Source: Candidatus Bathyarchaeota archaeon
GTDB lineage: Archaea; Thermoproteota; Bathyarchaeia; TCS64
Assembly: GCA_043826455.1 (NCBI GenBank)
Contig: JBDRQD010000036.1
Span: 1-64,000, forward strand
Reading direction: 5' to 3'
Length of the DNA: 64,000 nt
Below, piece after piece: positions 44,321-53,538 of the stretch (its first letter is position 1; each line of letters starts with the position of its first letter). The position numbers were made by a program, and so were the translations under genes. The notes below the pieces were generated by a model. It saw nothing but the letters and a program-made list of their open reading frames with translations. It searched no databases and had not been told where the DNA came from.

Positions 44321-45511
44321 ATGTACCTGACACCCGAGCAGGAACGGATGATGGGCGGAGAGGCCGGCGACGCAGTGAGGAAGTCCATGGAGCTCCTGGT
44401 TGCCCTGGGGGACGTATTCGGGGCCGAGAGGCTGGTGCCGGTGGACTCGGCTCACATCAGCGGCGTCAGCTACGCCAACCTGGGGAACGCCGGCACCGAG
44501 TGGCTGGAGGAGCAGGCCGATATGGGGGCCAGGTGCAGGGTCAGGGCGACGCTGAACCCGGCGGGCATGGACATGGACCGGTGGAGGGAGATGAACGTGC
44601 CACCGGAGTTCGCTGAGGGGCAGCGCAGGGTCATCGACGCCTTCACCAGGATGGGCGTGGAGCCCACCTGCACCTGCACCCCCTACCTCATAGGCCATGT
44701 CCCTCGGCGCGGCGCCCAGATCGCGTGGGCAGAGAGCAACGCCATCTGCTACAGCAACAGCGTCCTGGGGGCCCGCACCAACCGCGAGTCGGGGCCCACC
44801 ACCCTGGCCTCGGCCGTCACCGGCCTCACATCCCTCTACGGGGTCAGGCTGGACGAGAACAGGGTCCCGGGGAAGGTGGTGGAGGTGGAGGCTGTGCTGA
44901 GGACCCGCCTCGACTACAGCGCTCTGGGCTACGTGACAGGTAAGCTCGTGGGCAGCGGCGTCCCATACTTCAGGGGCCTGGGGAAGCCCGACGTGGAGAG
45001 CATGAAGACCCTGGGGGCCGCGTGCGCTACCAGCGGAGGCGTGGCCCTGTGGCACGGGGAGGGAGTGACCCCCGAGGCCGGTTGGGCCTCCAAATACCTG
45101 GACGGCGTGGAGACCGTTACCGTGGAGCGCCGAGACCTGGAGGAGGCCAGGGCTAAGCTGAGCTGCGAACCCGACAGCCCCACCTACTGCATAGGGTGTC
45201 CCCACTGCAGCCTCAGGGAGATGGCTGAGGCCGCCAAGCTGTCCAAGAACAGGAAGCTGGGGGGCAGGCTATGGGTGTTCACCAGCCGCGGCGTCTACGC
45301 CCAGGCAGCGGAGGCGGGCTACGTCAAGACCATAGAGGACGCCGGGGGCAAGGTCTACAGGGATACATGCATGGTGGTGGCGCCCCTCCACGAGATGGGT
45401 TGGCACGGGGTAGCCACCAACAGCTTCAAGGGCGCCCACTACAGCGTCAGCCACGGGTTCCAGACTAAGATAGCCGAGGTGGAGCAGCTGGTGGAGGAGG
45501 CGTCGAGATGA
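44321..45511 (+). CDS. aconitase X large subunit, probable phosphomevalonate dehydratase
   Basis: SAHISGVSY, CTCTPY, WAESNA, GARTNRE, IGCPHCS, DTCMVV. Confidence 0.92.
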   Translation: MYLTPEQERMMGGEAGDAVRKSMELLVALGDVFGAERLVPVDSAHISGVSYANLGNAGTEWLEEQADMGARCRVRATLNPAGMDMDRWREMNVPPEFAEGQRRVIDAFTRMGVEPTCTCTPYLIGHVPRRGAQIAWAESNAICYSNSVLGARTNRESGPTTLASAVTGLTSLYGVRLDENRVPGKVVEVEAVLRTRLDYSALGYVTGKLVGSGVPYFRGLGKPDVESMKTLGAACATSGGVALWHGEGVTPEAGWASKYLDGVETVTVERRDLEEARAKLSCEPDSPTYCIGCPHCSLREMAEAAKLSKNRKLGGRLWVFTSRGVYAQAAEAGYVKTIEDAGGKVYRDTCMVVAPLHEMGWHGVATNSFKGAHYSVSHGFQTKIAEVEQLVEEASR

Positions 45512-45906
45512 TCCTCAGAGGCAGGAAGGTCATGGGAGGCGTAGCCGAGGCCGAGGCCCTGGTGAGCCCTGAGCCCGTGAGCTTCTACGGCGGCGTGGAC
45601 CCCGTCACCGGGTGCATCACAGAGCCAGGCCACTGCTGCTGCGGCGAGAACATCACCGGCAAGGTCTTCGTGTTCCCCCAGGGCAAGGGCAGCACCGTTG
45701 GCAGCTACGTCATATACCGGATGAAGAAGCTGGGCACGGCCCCCGCAGCCATAGTCAACGCCGAGACCGAGGCCATCATAGCCACAGGCTGCGTCATCAG
45801 CGACATACCCCTGGTGGACAAGCTGGACCGAGACCCGCTGCAAGTCATAGAGACAGGGATGAGGGTCCGCGTAGACGCAGATCAGGGCACAGTCGAGACC
45901 CTGTAA
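45508..45906 (+). CDS. aconitase X swivel subunit (DUF126), phosphomevalonate dehydratase small subunit
   Basis: SFYGGVDP.TG, GKGSTVGSYV; ATGA overlap with large subunit. Confidence 0.92.
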   Translation: MILRGRKVMGGVAEAEALVSPEPVSFYGGVDPVTGCITEPGHCCCGENITGKVFVFPQGKGSTVGSYVIYRMKKLGTAPAAIVNAETEAIIATGCVISDIPLVDKLDRDPLQVIETGMRVRVDADQGTVETL

Positions 45907-46006
45907 AAACGGGAATTCCCAGCCACTGGATCGCATAGGGGCATATCCCTAAGGGTACAGACCGGTGAGTCATAAATGATTTAATTGGTGAAGAGAACTT
46001 CATCAC

Positions 46007-47152
46007 ATGGCTGATTACAGGCGCAGACTCAGAGGCCTCCAAGCCAAGATGGAGGAGCGAGGCCTGGACCTCGTGGTCCTGGGGGCCGGCCCCGACTTCC
46101 AGTACCTCACAGGCACAGACGTGGAGTGGAGACGAGGAAGAGACCTCACAAACCCGGCCGACTCAGTGTTCGTCCCAGCCGACGGCGACCCACTCATCCT
46201 GGCGGGCGCAGGCTCAGCGGGCAAGGCCAAGGGCGGCTGGATCGAGGACATCCGTGGCCTAGGCATGTTCGAGGACCATGCGCCGGCCGTCAAACAGATA
46301 GTCAGCGAACTGGCCCCTGAGCCCGTGAAGGTGGGCCTAGGAGAGTACACCTGGGGCAGCCTGGTCCTGACCCTGGCCACCGCCTGCAAGGGAGCCAAGT
46401 TCAGCAGCGCCGAGGGCTTCATGGACGAGCTCCGCATGATAAAGGAGAAGGAGGAGATCGGTAGGCTCAGGAAGGCGGCCAAGCTCACAGAGAACGTCAT
46501 GGGCCGCATCATAGACCAGGTGGAGGCGGGGGATACCATGAGGGGCCTAGGCCTCAAGATAGAGATGATGGGCCGCATGATCGGGGCCAGCGACGTCAGC
46601 TTCCCCAGCACCGCCGGCCTATGCAGGAGCGGGAGCGAGCCCACGGACGCCGTGTTCAACTACGGCCCCGAGGAGCCCCTGGAGCCTGGCAGCAGCATAG
46701 CTTTCGACGTGGGCTTCGTATTGGACGGGTATTGCAGCGACTGGGGCCGCAGCTTCTACTTGGGGGAGCCAGAGGAGCACGTATCCAAGGCCTACGCCGC
46801 GCTGCAGATGGCGGTGGTGGAGACCCTGGACGCCGTAGGCGACGTGGTCCTCAAGACCAACGAGGTATTCCCCAGCATAGAGAGCGTCCTCGACAGGGAG
46901 GGCTACGGCGACTACCTGAGGGCGCGGCTGCCCAACGGCATGGTGGGCCACCAGATAGGCGTCGAGGTCCACGAGGACCCCTGGCTTAAACCCGAGAACC
47001 GCGTAGAGCTGGTGGACGGCATGGTTTTCTGCGTCGAGCCCAAGCTATGGCACAGGGGAGAGTACTATCTCCGGGTGGAGGACATGGTCCTCATCAAGAA
47101 CGGTAAGGCTGAGAGCCTCACCACCTACGACCGTGAGAGGTTCACCCTCTAA
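46007..47152 (+). CDS. Xaa-Pro aminopeptidase/prolidase (M24B), metal ligands intact
   Basis: FDVG..YCSD, GHQIG..HE, VEP, RVED (D-D-H-E-E). Confidence 0.9.
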   Translation: MADYRRRLRGLQAKMEERGLDLVVLGAGPDFQYLTGTDVEWRRGRDLTNPADSVFVPADGDPLILAGAGSAGKAKGGWIEDIRGLGMFEDHAPAVKQIVSELAPEPVKVGLGEYTWGSLVLTLATACKGAKFSSAEGFMDELRMIKEKEEIGRLRKAAKLTENVMGRIIDQVEAGDTMRGLGLKIEMMGRMIGASDVSFPSTAGLCRSGSEPTDAVFNYGPEEPLEPGSSIAFDVGFVLDGYCSDWGRSFYLGEPEEHVSKAYAALQMAVVETLDAVGDVVLKTNEVFPSIESVLDREGYGDYLRARLPNGMVGHQIGVEVHEDPWLKPENRVELVDGMVFCVEPKLWHRGEYYLRVEDMVLIKNGKAESLTTYDRERFTL

Positions 47153-47222
47153 CTTTCCCTGAAGCTGGAGGGCTTATATTACCAGACCCCATACATGACT
47201 AGAGCAGCGCACGTGGCCTAGC

Positions 47223-47981
47223 ATGAGTAAGGGTTGCTTCATAGTATTCGAGGGCATAGACGGCTCAGGCAAGTCCGAGCAGTACCGCAGGCTCACAAGG
47301 AACCTGGAGAAGAAGAAGTACCCCGTGGTCCAGACCAAGGAGCCCACGGTGGACCTCCCCGTCGGCAAACTCATACGCTCCATACTCTACCAGGAGCAGC
47401 AGGTGGCCGAGGAAGCCCTGGCCCTCCTCTTTGCCGCGGACCGCGTGGACCACACCGAGAAGAAGATCAAGCCGGCCCTTGAGCAGGGCAGCGTAGTGGT
47501 GTCGGACAGGTACGTCTACAGCAGCCTGGCCTACCAGAGCGGGGGCATGAAGAAGGAGCTGAGCCTCGAATGGGTTCGAGAAATAAACTCCCACGCCCTC
47601 ATGCCCGACATCGTAGTCTTCTTGGATATAACGCCGGAGGTGGGTCAGAGCAGGCTGGCCAACGGCCAGGTGAGGGTGAAGGACCACACCTACTTTGAGA
47701 GCCTGAGTCAGCAGGAGAGGATCAGGTCGGCCTACTACAAGGTCTTTAACTTCGGCAACGTGAGCCTCACCAAGTTCACAGGCGCCGAGAAAGGGGAGGA
47801 CCGAGTGCTGTTAAGCAGAATCGAAGATACCGTCGTCCTGAGGGTGGACGGCACCCTGCCCGTGGAGGAGATCGAGAAGATCGTGCTGAAGCACGTGTTG
47901 AAGGCTCTGAGGGAAAACTGTGTGAGGACGCGGGACAAGAAGATGGGGGTCACCAAGTCCCTCGAGCAGTTCACCGCGTGA
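47223..47981 (+). CDS. tmk: thymidylate kinase
   Basis: FEGIDGSGKS, LLFAADR, SDRYVYSSLAYQ. Confidence 0.95.
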   Translation: MSKGCFIVFEGIDGSGKSEQYRRLTRNLEKKKYPVVQTKEPTVDLPVGKLIRSILYQEQQVAEEALALLFAADRVDHTEKKIKPALEQGSVVVSDRYVYSSLAYQSGGMKKELSLEWVREINSHALMPDIVVFLDITPEVGQSRLANGQVRVKDHTYFESLSQQERIRSAYYKVFNFGNVSLTKFTGAEKGEDRVLLSRIEDTVVLRVDGTLPVEEIEKIVLKHVLKALRENCVRTRDKKMGVTKSLEQFTA

Positions 47982-48010
47982 GGGACTCATTCAGCCACCG
48001 GAACTATTTT

Positions 48011-48349
48011 TCAGGCTCCTAGCTTCTTGACCCTCTCGAGGGCGCCGAGCAGAGCCATGAGAGTGTCGGTGAGTTCCCTGATGGTGGTGTGGTCCCTCTC
48101 CCCCTCGATCATGGTCTGGACCTCTGTGATCTTTTTGCGGAGCGTAGCCTCCAGGCTGCCCTGCTGGGCCAGGGACTCCTGGGTCTCGTCCCCCTTAACC
48201 ACCTTAACCGGCCTGTTGCAGCTGGGGCAAACTATCTCCCCTCCTTTCAACTTGAAAAGGGGAGTCCCGCACTCGGGGCAGGCCTCGCTCATCATCCTGG
48301 CCCCCTTCCTGAGGAGCTCCCCCATCTCCTTCATACTGCCTTCCGACAT
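48011..48349 (-). CDS. UPF0148/SSSCA1-like zinc-ribbon protein
   Basis: LLRKGARMMSEACPECGTPLF..CPSC. Confidence 0.88.
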   Translation of the reverse strand: MSEGSMKEMGELLRKGARMMSEACPECGTPLFKLKGGEIVCPSCNRPVKVVKGDETQESLAQQGSLEATLRKKITEVQTMIEGERDHTTIRELTDTLMALLGALERVKKLGA

Positions 48350-48405
48350 GTTTCACATGAGTGTGGGCTTCAAAACTTAAAGACTTGATCACAGTATTGC
48401 TCGCC

Positions 48406-48912
48406 ATGGCGCCCAGGTTCATCCACGGGTACGAGCTGGACCGGTTCCAGGATTACTACAGGGGCATCGCGGGGGAGCTGGGGGAAACCGAGTACAAGCT
48501 GGTAACCGAGGACCCCGACCAGCTCATCGTCTGGCTCGACGGCGACGAAATAGTGGGCCACGCCATATGGCACCCATCCAACACGGCCGCCCACCCTGGC
48601 GGCGAGCCCAGAGAGGATGAAGACAGGCGCATCCTGGAAGATGACCTAGGGGTGAAGGGAGACTTCGTGGAGCTCCACGAGGTGTGGCTCATGGAGACCA
48701 GCCGCGGCAGAGGCCACGGCTCAGCCTTCTTCGCCTACTTCGAGTCCATGGCCAAGAGCAGGGGCTTCAAGCGGATCGTCTACTACGCTGACCACCCCGC
48801 GGCCCTGGCCATATGCAAGGACAGGGGCTACAGGGAGGCCTGGGGGGTGGAGCTAGACGGGATCAAGGGTCAGGGTGGAAGGTTCTACGTCCTGGCCAAG
48901 GAACTGATTTAA
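48406..48912 (+). CDS. GNAT family N-acetyltransferase
   Basis: RGRGHGS acetyl-CoA motif; start at MAPRF. Confidence 0.82.
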   Translation: MAPRFIHGYELDRFQDYYRGIAGELGETEYKLVTEDPDQLIVWLDGDEIVGHAIWHPSNTAAHPGGEPREDEDRRILEDDLGVKGDFVELHEVWLMETSRGRGHGSAFFAYFESMAKSRGFKRIVYYADHPAALAICKDRGYREAWGVELDGIKGQGGRFYVLAKELI

Positions 48913-48930
48913 GGGGTTAAACATCAATCA

Positions 48931-49122
48931 ATGGTGATGCATCTCATCAGCCGCCTCAACCCTGTGATGGGGCTCATCATAGGGATCACCCTGGGGGGTG
49001 TCACTGGTCTATTGCTTGATAACTTCGCCCTGTGGCTGGTGATCGGCGCCTCCGTGGGGCTCCTCATGGGCCAATATTGCAGAAACAGGGTGAAGAAAAA
49101 CAATAGAGAGGTTTCCGATTAA
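48931..49122 (+). CDS. small two-TM protein
   Basis: Gly-rich hydrophobic helices and a basic tail. Confidence 0.55.
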   Translation: MVMHLISRLNPVMGLIIGITLGGVTGLLLDNFALWLVIGASVGLLMGQYCRNRVKKNNREVSD

Positions 49123-49698
49123 CCGTGTTCTCTGGGGCTCCGAAGCCGAGGACGAGGAGAGACCTCATCGCTGTAAAAGCATGAGGAAGGAGATGGCTTT
49201 TTCCGCCTTATCCCGTGCCGGCTGGGATAAGCCGTCCGCAGCCTCAGCCACGAAGGGGGAGGGGGTAGAGCAAGATGAACCGGAAACGGCCGCCTCGCGC
49301 CAAAAGGAGCCGCAGAACCTGTCCGATGCGACACAATTCTACGCAGAAACGCCGTCCACTCCACACAAAAACACGGCACACTCAACACACAAGACAGCGC
49401 AGCAGAGGCCCTCACACACAAAACCTCAACGGCGACGACGACCACCACCAACCTCCGCCACCACCAGAGAACCCCTAAAAAGCCTCTAAAACCGAAAACA
49501 AACCCGAAAACAGGGAAAAGTGGTGGCGGTGATGTGACCCCCCCTCCCCCCCACACGCACACACAAAGGATCAAACCAGACGAGGCCAACCACCGGCCAC
49601 CAAACAGAAGAAGACAACCAACCCCCCCCAGAAACATGAACCACCCCACACCGGCAACTCCCTTTAAATGAGCCCGAACCCAAGTATCAGCGAGCACA

Positions 49699-50421
49699 TT
49701 GATCCAGCTGGAAGGACGCAACCCGGTTCAAGAAGCCCTCAAAGAAGGCATAGTCACCCTGATTCGGGTGGAGAAGGGAAAAGAAAACGACCCCAAACTC
49801 AAAGAGCTCCTAGACGACGCCAGGAAGAAGAAGGTACCCGTGGAAGCGGTGCCCAAACCCAAGCTAGACGCCATGAGCCACACAGGCCACCACCAAGGAA
49901 TCATCGCCATAGCCCAGCCCAAGCCCAACTGGAGCCTAGAGAAGGTGCTGGAGGAGACCGGCCGCGACGTCTGCGTCATCGTCCTCGACCAGGTCCAGGA
50001 CCCCCACAACCTGGGCGCCATCCTCAGGACAGCTGAGGCCGCAGGCGTGGACGGCGTCGTGATCCCCAAGAAGGAGACAGCCAGCCTAGGCCCCACCGTC
50101 CACAGGGTGAGCATGGGCGGAAGCCTCCACGTACCCGTGTGGCAGCAGAGCCTCTACACGGCCCTGAAGACGTTATCCGGTGAAGGCGTGACCGTGATAG
50201 GGGTGGACGCCTCAGGAGCCACAGCCTACTACGAGGAGAACCTCACCGGCCCCGTGGCCTTCGTCATAGGAGGCGAGGACAGGGGGGCTAACCCCACCCT
50301 CACCGCCAAATGCGACAAGGTGGTGCGAATACCCATGAGAGGCCACCTCGAGTCCCTCAACGTGAGCGTGGCCACAGGAATAGTACTCTACGAGCGCCTC
50401 AGGCAGCAGGAAACAAAATAG
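49699..50421 (+). CDS. rlmB: SpoU/TrmH RNA 2'-O-methyltransferase, RlmB-like
   Basis: EGRNPV.EAL, HQGIIA, DPHNLGAILRTA, GGEDRG, IPM.G..ESLNVSVA. Confidence 0.88.
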   Translation: MIQLEGRNPVQEALKEGIVTLIRVEKGKENDPKLKELLDDARKKKVPVEAVPKPKLDAMSHTGHHQGIIAIAQPKPNWSLEKVLEETGRDVCVIVLDQVQDPHNLGAILRTAEAAGVDGVVIPKKETASLGPTVHRVSMGGSLHVPVWQQSLYTALKTLSGEGVTVIGVDASGATAYYEENLTGPVAFVIGGEDRGANPTLTAKCDKVVRIPMRGHLESLNVSVATGIVLYERLRQQETK

Positions 50422-50431
50422 GGTAGGTTAG

Positions 50432-50734
50432 CTAACGCCTCAAGGCGTTGCTGACAACGAGGACGCCAATGGCTATGATTAGCAGAGGCCACAGGTTATC
50501 GAAGCTGGCCCACCAGAAGGTGTCCTCCAGCAGACTAGATAAGCCCAGCAGGATCAGGAAGGCACCTATGATGATGGGCCACGTAGTCCTGCCGCGGCCG
50601 CCGAAGCAGTCGTCCTCAGGGTCCCAGCTCCTCCTCCTGACCCTGTAGGCGGGGGGACTGAGGCTTGCTCCGCAGTTCTTACAGTTCTCGGCGTTTTCCT
50701 CGTTCTCGGTTCCGCACTTGGTGCAGTAAACCAT
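50432..50734 (-). CDS. zinc-ribbon membrane protein
   Basis: CTKC..CKNC followed by two TM helices (LWPLLIIAIG). Confidence 0.8.
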   Translation of the reverse strand: MVYCTKCGTENEENAENCKNCGASLSPPAYRVRRRSWDPEDDCFGGRGRTTWPIIIGAFLILLGLSSLLEDTFWWASFDNLWPLLIIAIGVLVVSNALRR

Positions 50735-50782
50735 TGTTCACACCTTATGACAGGATACGGGTCCCCTTATAGAAACATTACT

Positions 50783-52018
50783 CTAATTTTGGTTAAAGCC
50801 GTGACCACACCCGAGGCCGCACGACGCGCAAACCAGAACGTGCTCCTCCTGGCTCACCCTGATCCGGGAAGCCACCCAGAAAACCACCAGCCCCAGGTGG
50901 TAGGCCTCAACGTAGAAGCTGACCCCCATGGCGTTCAGGGACGCAGCGAGCATGAAAGACCCGCACACCAGGGCCACGTTGAGGGCTAGGTGAAGGTGGG
51001 GGCTGCCGAGGTCAACGAAGTGCTGGACCAGGCCCAGAGCAACCATGGAGGCCCCGAGCCAGAACGCTACCTCGGGGTCCAGCAGAAACACGCCGAAGAA
51101 AAAGTATAGAACCGAGCCCAGCACCGACAGGGCCGCGCCAAGGGCCAGGCCTGTGCAGCCTGCGCAGTACGGCCTCCCCCTGATCCACACCACGTGGTTG
51201 CTGAACTTTTCACAGTCCGGGTGGTGGCCCCTCATAAGGGAGTTAGACCCTGAGCCGTGTCCGAGCCCGCGCAGGCTGCTGGGGGACAAAGCCGCGACGA
51301 GTCCGAAGAGGCAGACAGCTATGAAGACGGCGCCCGTAAGGCGCATCTGCCCGGAGAAGAAGACCTGGGGTACGTCTATGAAGGCCAGCCTCGTGAGGAT
51401 GATGAGCCCCGCCAGCGAGAGGCCGAGATAGAGCAGCTGGGCTCCTCTTCCCTCAACTGAAGACAGCAGCGACCTGTACAAGGCCCCTGGGCGGGGGACT
51501 AGGAAAGGCGTCCTCTCCCTGTAACGGAGGTACTCCTCGCCGAACCTTGCCACCAGGTTAGGCTCCTCCACCAGCTTAACTATCAACACGTTAGCCACCA
51601 GCACAAAGGGGCTGATAGACAACGCCATACCAGGCGACTGAAACATCACCCCCATGCCGAAGGGCAGCAGAGTATAGCCTATGATCATGGGGTTACGGGT
51701 GTAGACGTAGACCCCGGACGTCACCAGCCTACTCGTCTTAGCCTCCGCCCTGGCCTCCCCCCAGGGTAGGCCACCCCCTAGGCTGTAGAGGAGCCTTGTG
51801 GACTTCAGGCCCAGCCAGAGCCCCCCCAGGAACACCCCCAGCCCCACGACCAGGTTCCATGGTAGCGGAGGGTACCTTGGTAGGCCCAGGTGGCTGTCCA
51901 CGGCTCTTCCAATCAGGAAAGTCACCGAGGGCATGACGATGAAAATGGCCAGGTACGGGACGAGCTGGGCGGCTTTAACCTGTACGTGAACCCGTCTCTC
52001 GTCACCCAACCTTGTCAC
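50783..52018 (-). CDS. ICMT/PEMT-type membrane methyltransferase fused to a Cys/His-rich membrane domain
   Basis: LVTSGVY..RNPM, EE..L..RFGEEY..Y; C-half GHHPDC..CAGC..CASCGLGC. Confidence 0.8.
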   Translation of the reverse strand: MTRLGDERRVHVQVKAAQLVPYLAIFIVMPSVTFLIGRAVDSHLGLPRYPPLPWNLVVGLGVFLGGLWLGLKSTRLLYSLGGGLPWGEARAEAKTSRLVTSGVYVYTRNPMIIGYTLLPFGMGVMFQSPGMALSISPFVLVANVLIVKLVEEPNLVARFGEEYLRYRERTPFLVPRPGALYRSLLSSVEGRGAQLLYLGLSLAGLIILTRLAFIDVPQVFFSGQMRLTGAVFIAVCLFGLVAALSPSSLRGLGHGSGSNSLMRGHHPDCEKFSNHVVWIRGRPYCAGCTGLALGAALSVLGSVLYFFFGVFLLDPEVAFWLGASMVALGLVQHFVDLGSPHLHLALNVALVCGSFMLAASLNAMGVSFYVEAYHLGLVVFWVASRIRVSQEEHVLVCASCGLGCGHGFNQN

Positions 52019-53445
52019 CCTATGAGGTTCTTGAGGCCCATCAGGAGCGCCTGCTTGGCCAGGTAGCCGTAGGTGCGGCGGGTTATGGGGTTGCCGCTGG
52101 TTATCCCCCGGTACCTGCGGGGCCAGGAGCCGAAGAAGCTCTCGTAGCAGTCGTATAGCTCCTGCTGGACCTCCGCCCGGGTCAGGTGCTCCGTGGGCAT
52201 TACGGCGTGAACCATGTCGTAATTAGCCCAGTTTTGGTCCTCGATCCAGCCGCCCTGCACGGCCTCCTCGTACACCTCGGTCCCGGGGAAGGGCGTGAGG
52301 ACGAAGAAGCTGGCTATGTCCGGGTCCAGCTCGTCGGCGTACCTCCGTACAGCCTCCACGCTCTCATGGCTGTCGCTCCTGTGGCCTATTATGAATGTGC
52401 CCTGGCTGAAGACGCTGTTCTCCCTCAGCAGCTCCACGGCTCTCCTGCTACGAGGCTCAGTGACTCCGCTCCGCCTGTACGAGTCAAGTATCTCAACGCT
52501 AGGGTTGTCGAAGCCCACCAGCATCCACGTGGCCCCCGCCCTCCGCATCTTGGCCAGGACGTCGGGGTGCTCAACTATGTCGTCCACCCTGACCTGGCAG
52601 AACCACTCTATCTCGTCCCCAAGGCCCCTCTCCATGAGGCCGTCACAGATGGCCTCGGTCCGGGGCCCCATGCCGAAGTTGTCGTCGCTGAACCAGAAGA
52701 ACCTGCTACCGTACTCCGTGTAGAGGTGCTCGAACTCGTCCACCACCCTCTGAGGGGACTTGGCCCTGTGGCTGCGCCTCCAGAACCTCCACTGGCTGCA
52801 GTAGCTGCAGTTGTGGCGGCACCCCCTCGAGCCCTCAACTATGGCGAAGGGCTTGCCCTCACCGCCCATCAACGAGAAGTAGTAATCCTTCATGTGGGGC
52901 GCGAGGTGATCGTAGGCGGGGTAGGGCAGCGTGTCCAGATCGCATATGAGGCTCCTGTCCCGGTTGTGGAGTATAGAGCCGCCACGTCTGTAGGAGACGC
53001 CGGCCACATCGCCCAGGTCGCCGTCCGAATCTAGGGCCCTCGCCAGCTCGGCGAGCGTGGCCTCTCCCTCCCCCCTAACAACAAAGTCCACCGATTGGTA
53101 GCCGGCTAGAGTCTCCTGCGCCAGGGCTGTGAAGTGCTGCCCACCGAGAACCGAGCGTGAATCGGGGGCCACCTTCTTCGCCAACTCAGCTACCCTGACG
53201 GCGTAGTAGGCGTTAGCCGTAGCCATCCCAGATGGGGCCACCAAGTCAGGCGCGTACTCCTCCACCCTACTCTCGAGGCCGTCCCAGTCCAGGCCCTCCG
53301 CCTGGGAGTCCACCACCTCCACCTCGGCCCCTGGGCAAGCCTTCTCCAGGTACCCGGCCAGGCAGAGCAGGCCGAAGGGGGGCGGGACATACTCTCCCAT
53401 TATGAACCAAAAGTCCTTAGGGGGCTCAACGAACATCACACGCAT
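52015..53445 (-). CDS. cobalamin-binding radical SAM protein
   Basis: PPFGLLCLAGYL, GGQHFT, GEGE, SRGCRHNCSYC (CxxxCxxC), TPFPGT. Confidence 0.92.
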   Translation of the reverse strand: MRVMFVEPPKDFWFIMGEYVPPPFGLLCLAGYLEKACPGAEVEVVDSQAEGLDWDGLESRVEEYAPDLVAPSGMATANAYYAVRVAELAKKVAPDSRSVLGGQHFTALAQETLAGYQSVDFVVRGEGEATLAELARALDSDGDLGDVAGVSYRRGGSILHNRDRSLICDLDTLPYPAYDHLAPHMKDYYFSLMGGEGKPFAIVEGSRGCRHNCSYCSQWRFWRRSHRAKSPQRVVDEFEHLYTEYGSRFFWFSDDNFGMGPRTEAICDGLMERGLGDEIEWFCQVRVDDIVEHPDVLAKMRRAGATWMLVGFDNPSVEILDSYRRSGVTEPRSRRAVELLRENSVFSQGTFIIGHRSDSHESVEAVRRYADELDPDIASFFVLTPFPGTEVYEEAVQGGWIEDQNWANYDMVHAVMPTEHLTRAEVQQELYDCYESFFGSWPRRYRGITSGNPITRRTYGYLAKQALLMGLKNLIG

Positions 53446-53538
53446 GGCGGCAGCGCCTCAGAGGCAAGCATCCTTTATTCATGTTTCATGAAACTTTAAA
53501 ATGGCTGGTGGAAGCATGAAGAATGGAGGGCGTACACC

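Noticed and set aside
49119..49721. ORFs of 200, 102, 67 and 65 aa in the skewed tract
   Set aside because: Low-complexity translations without host codon bias; openness is explained by T-depletion and skew.
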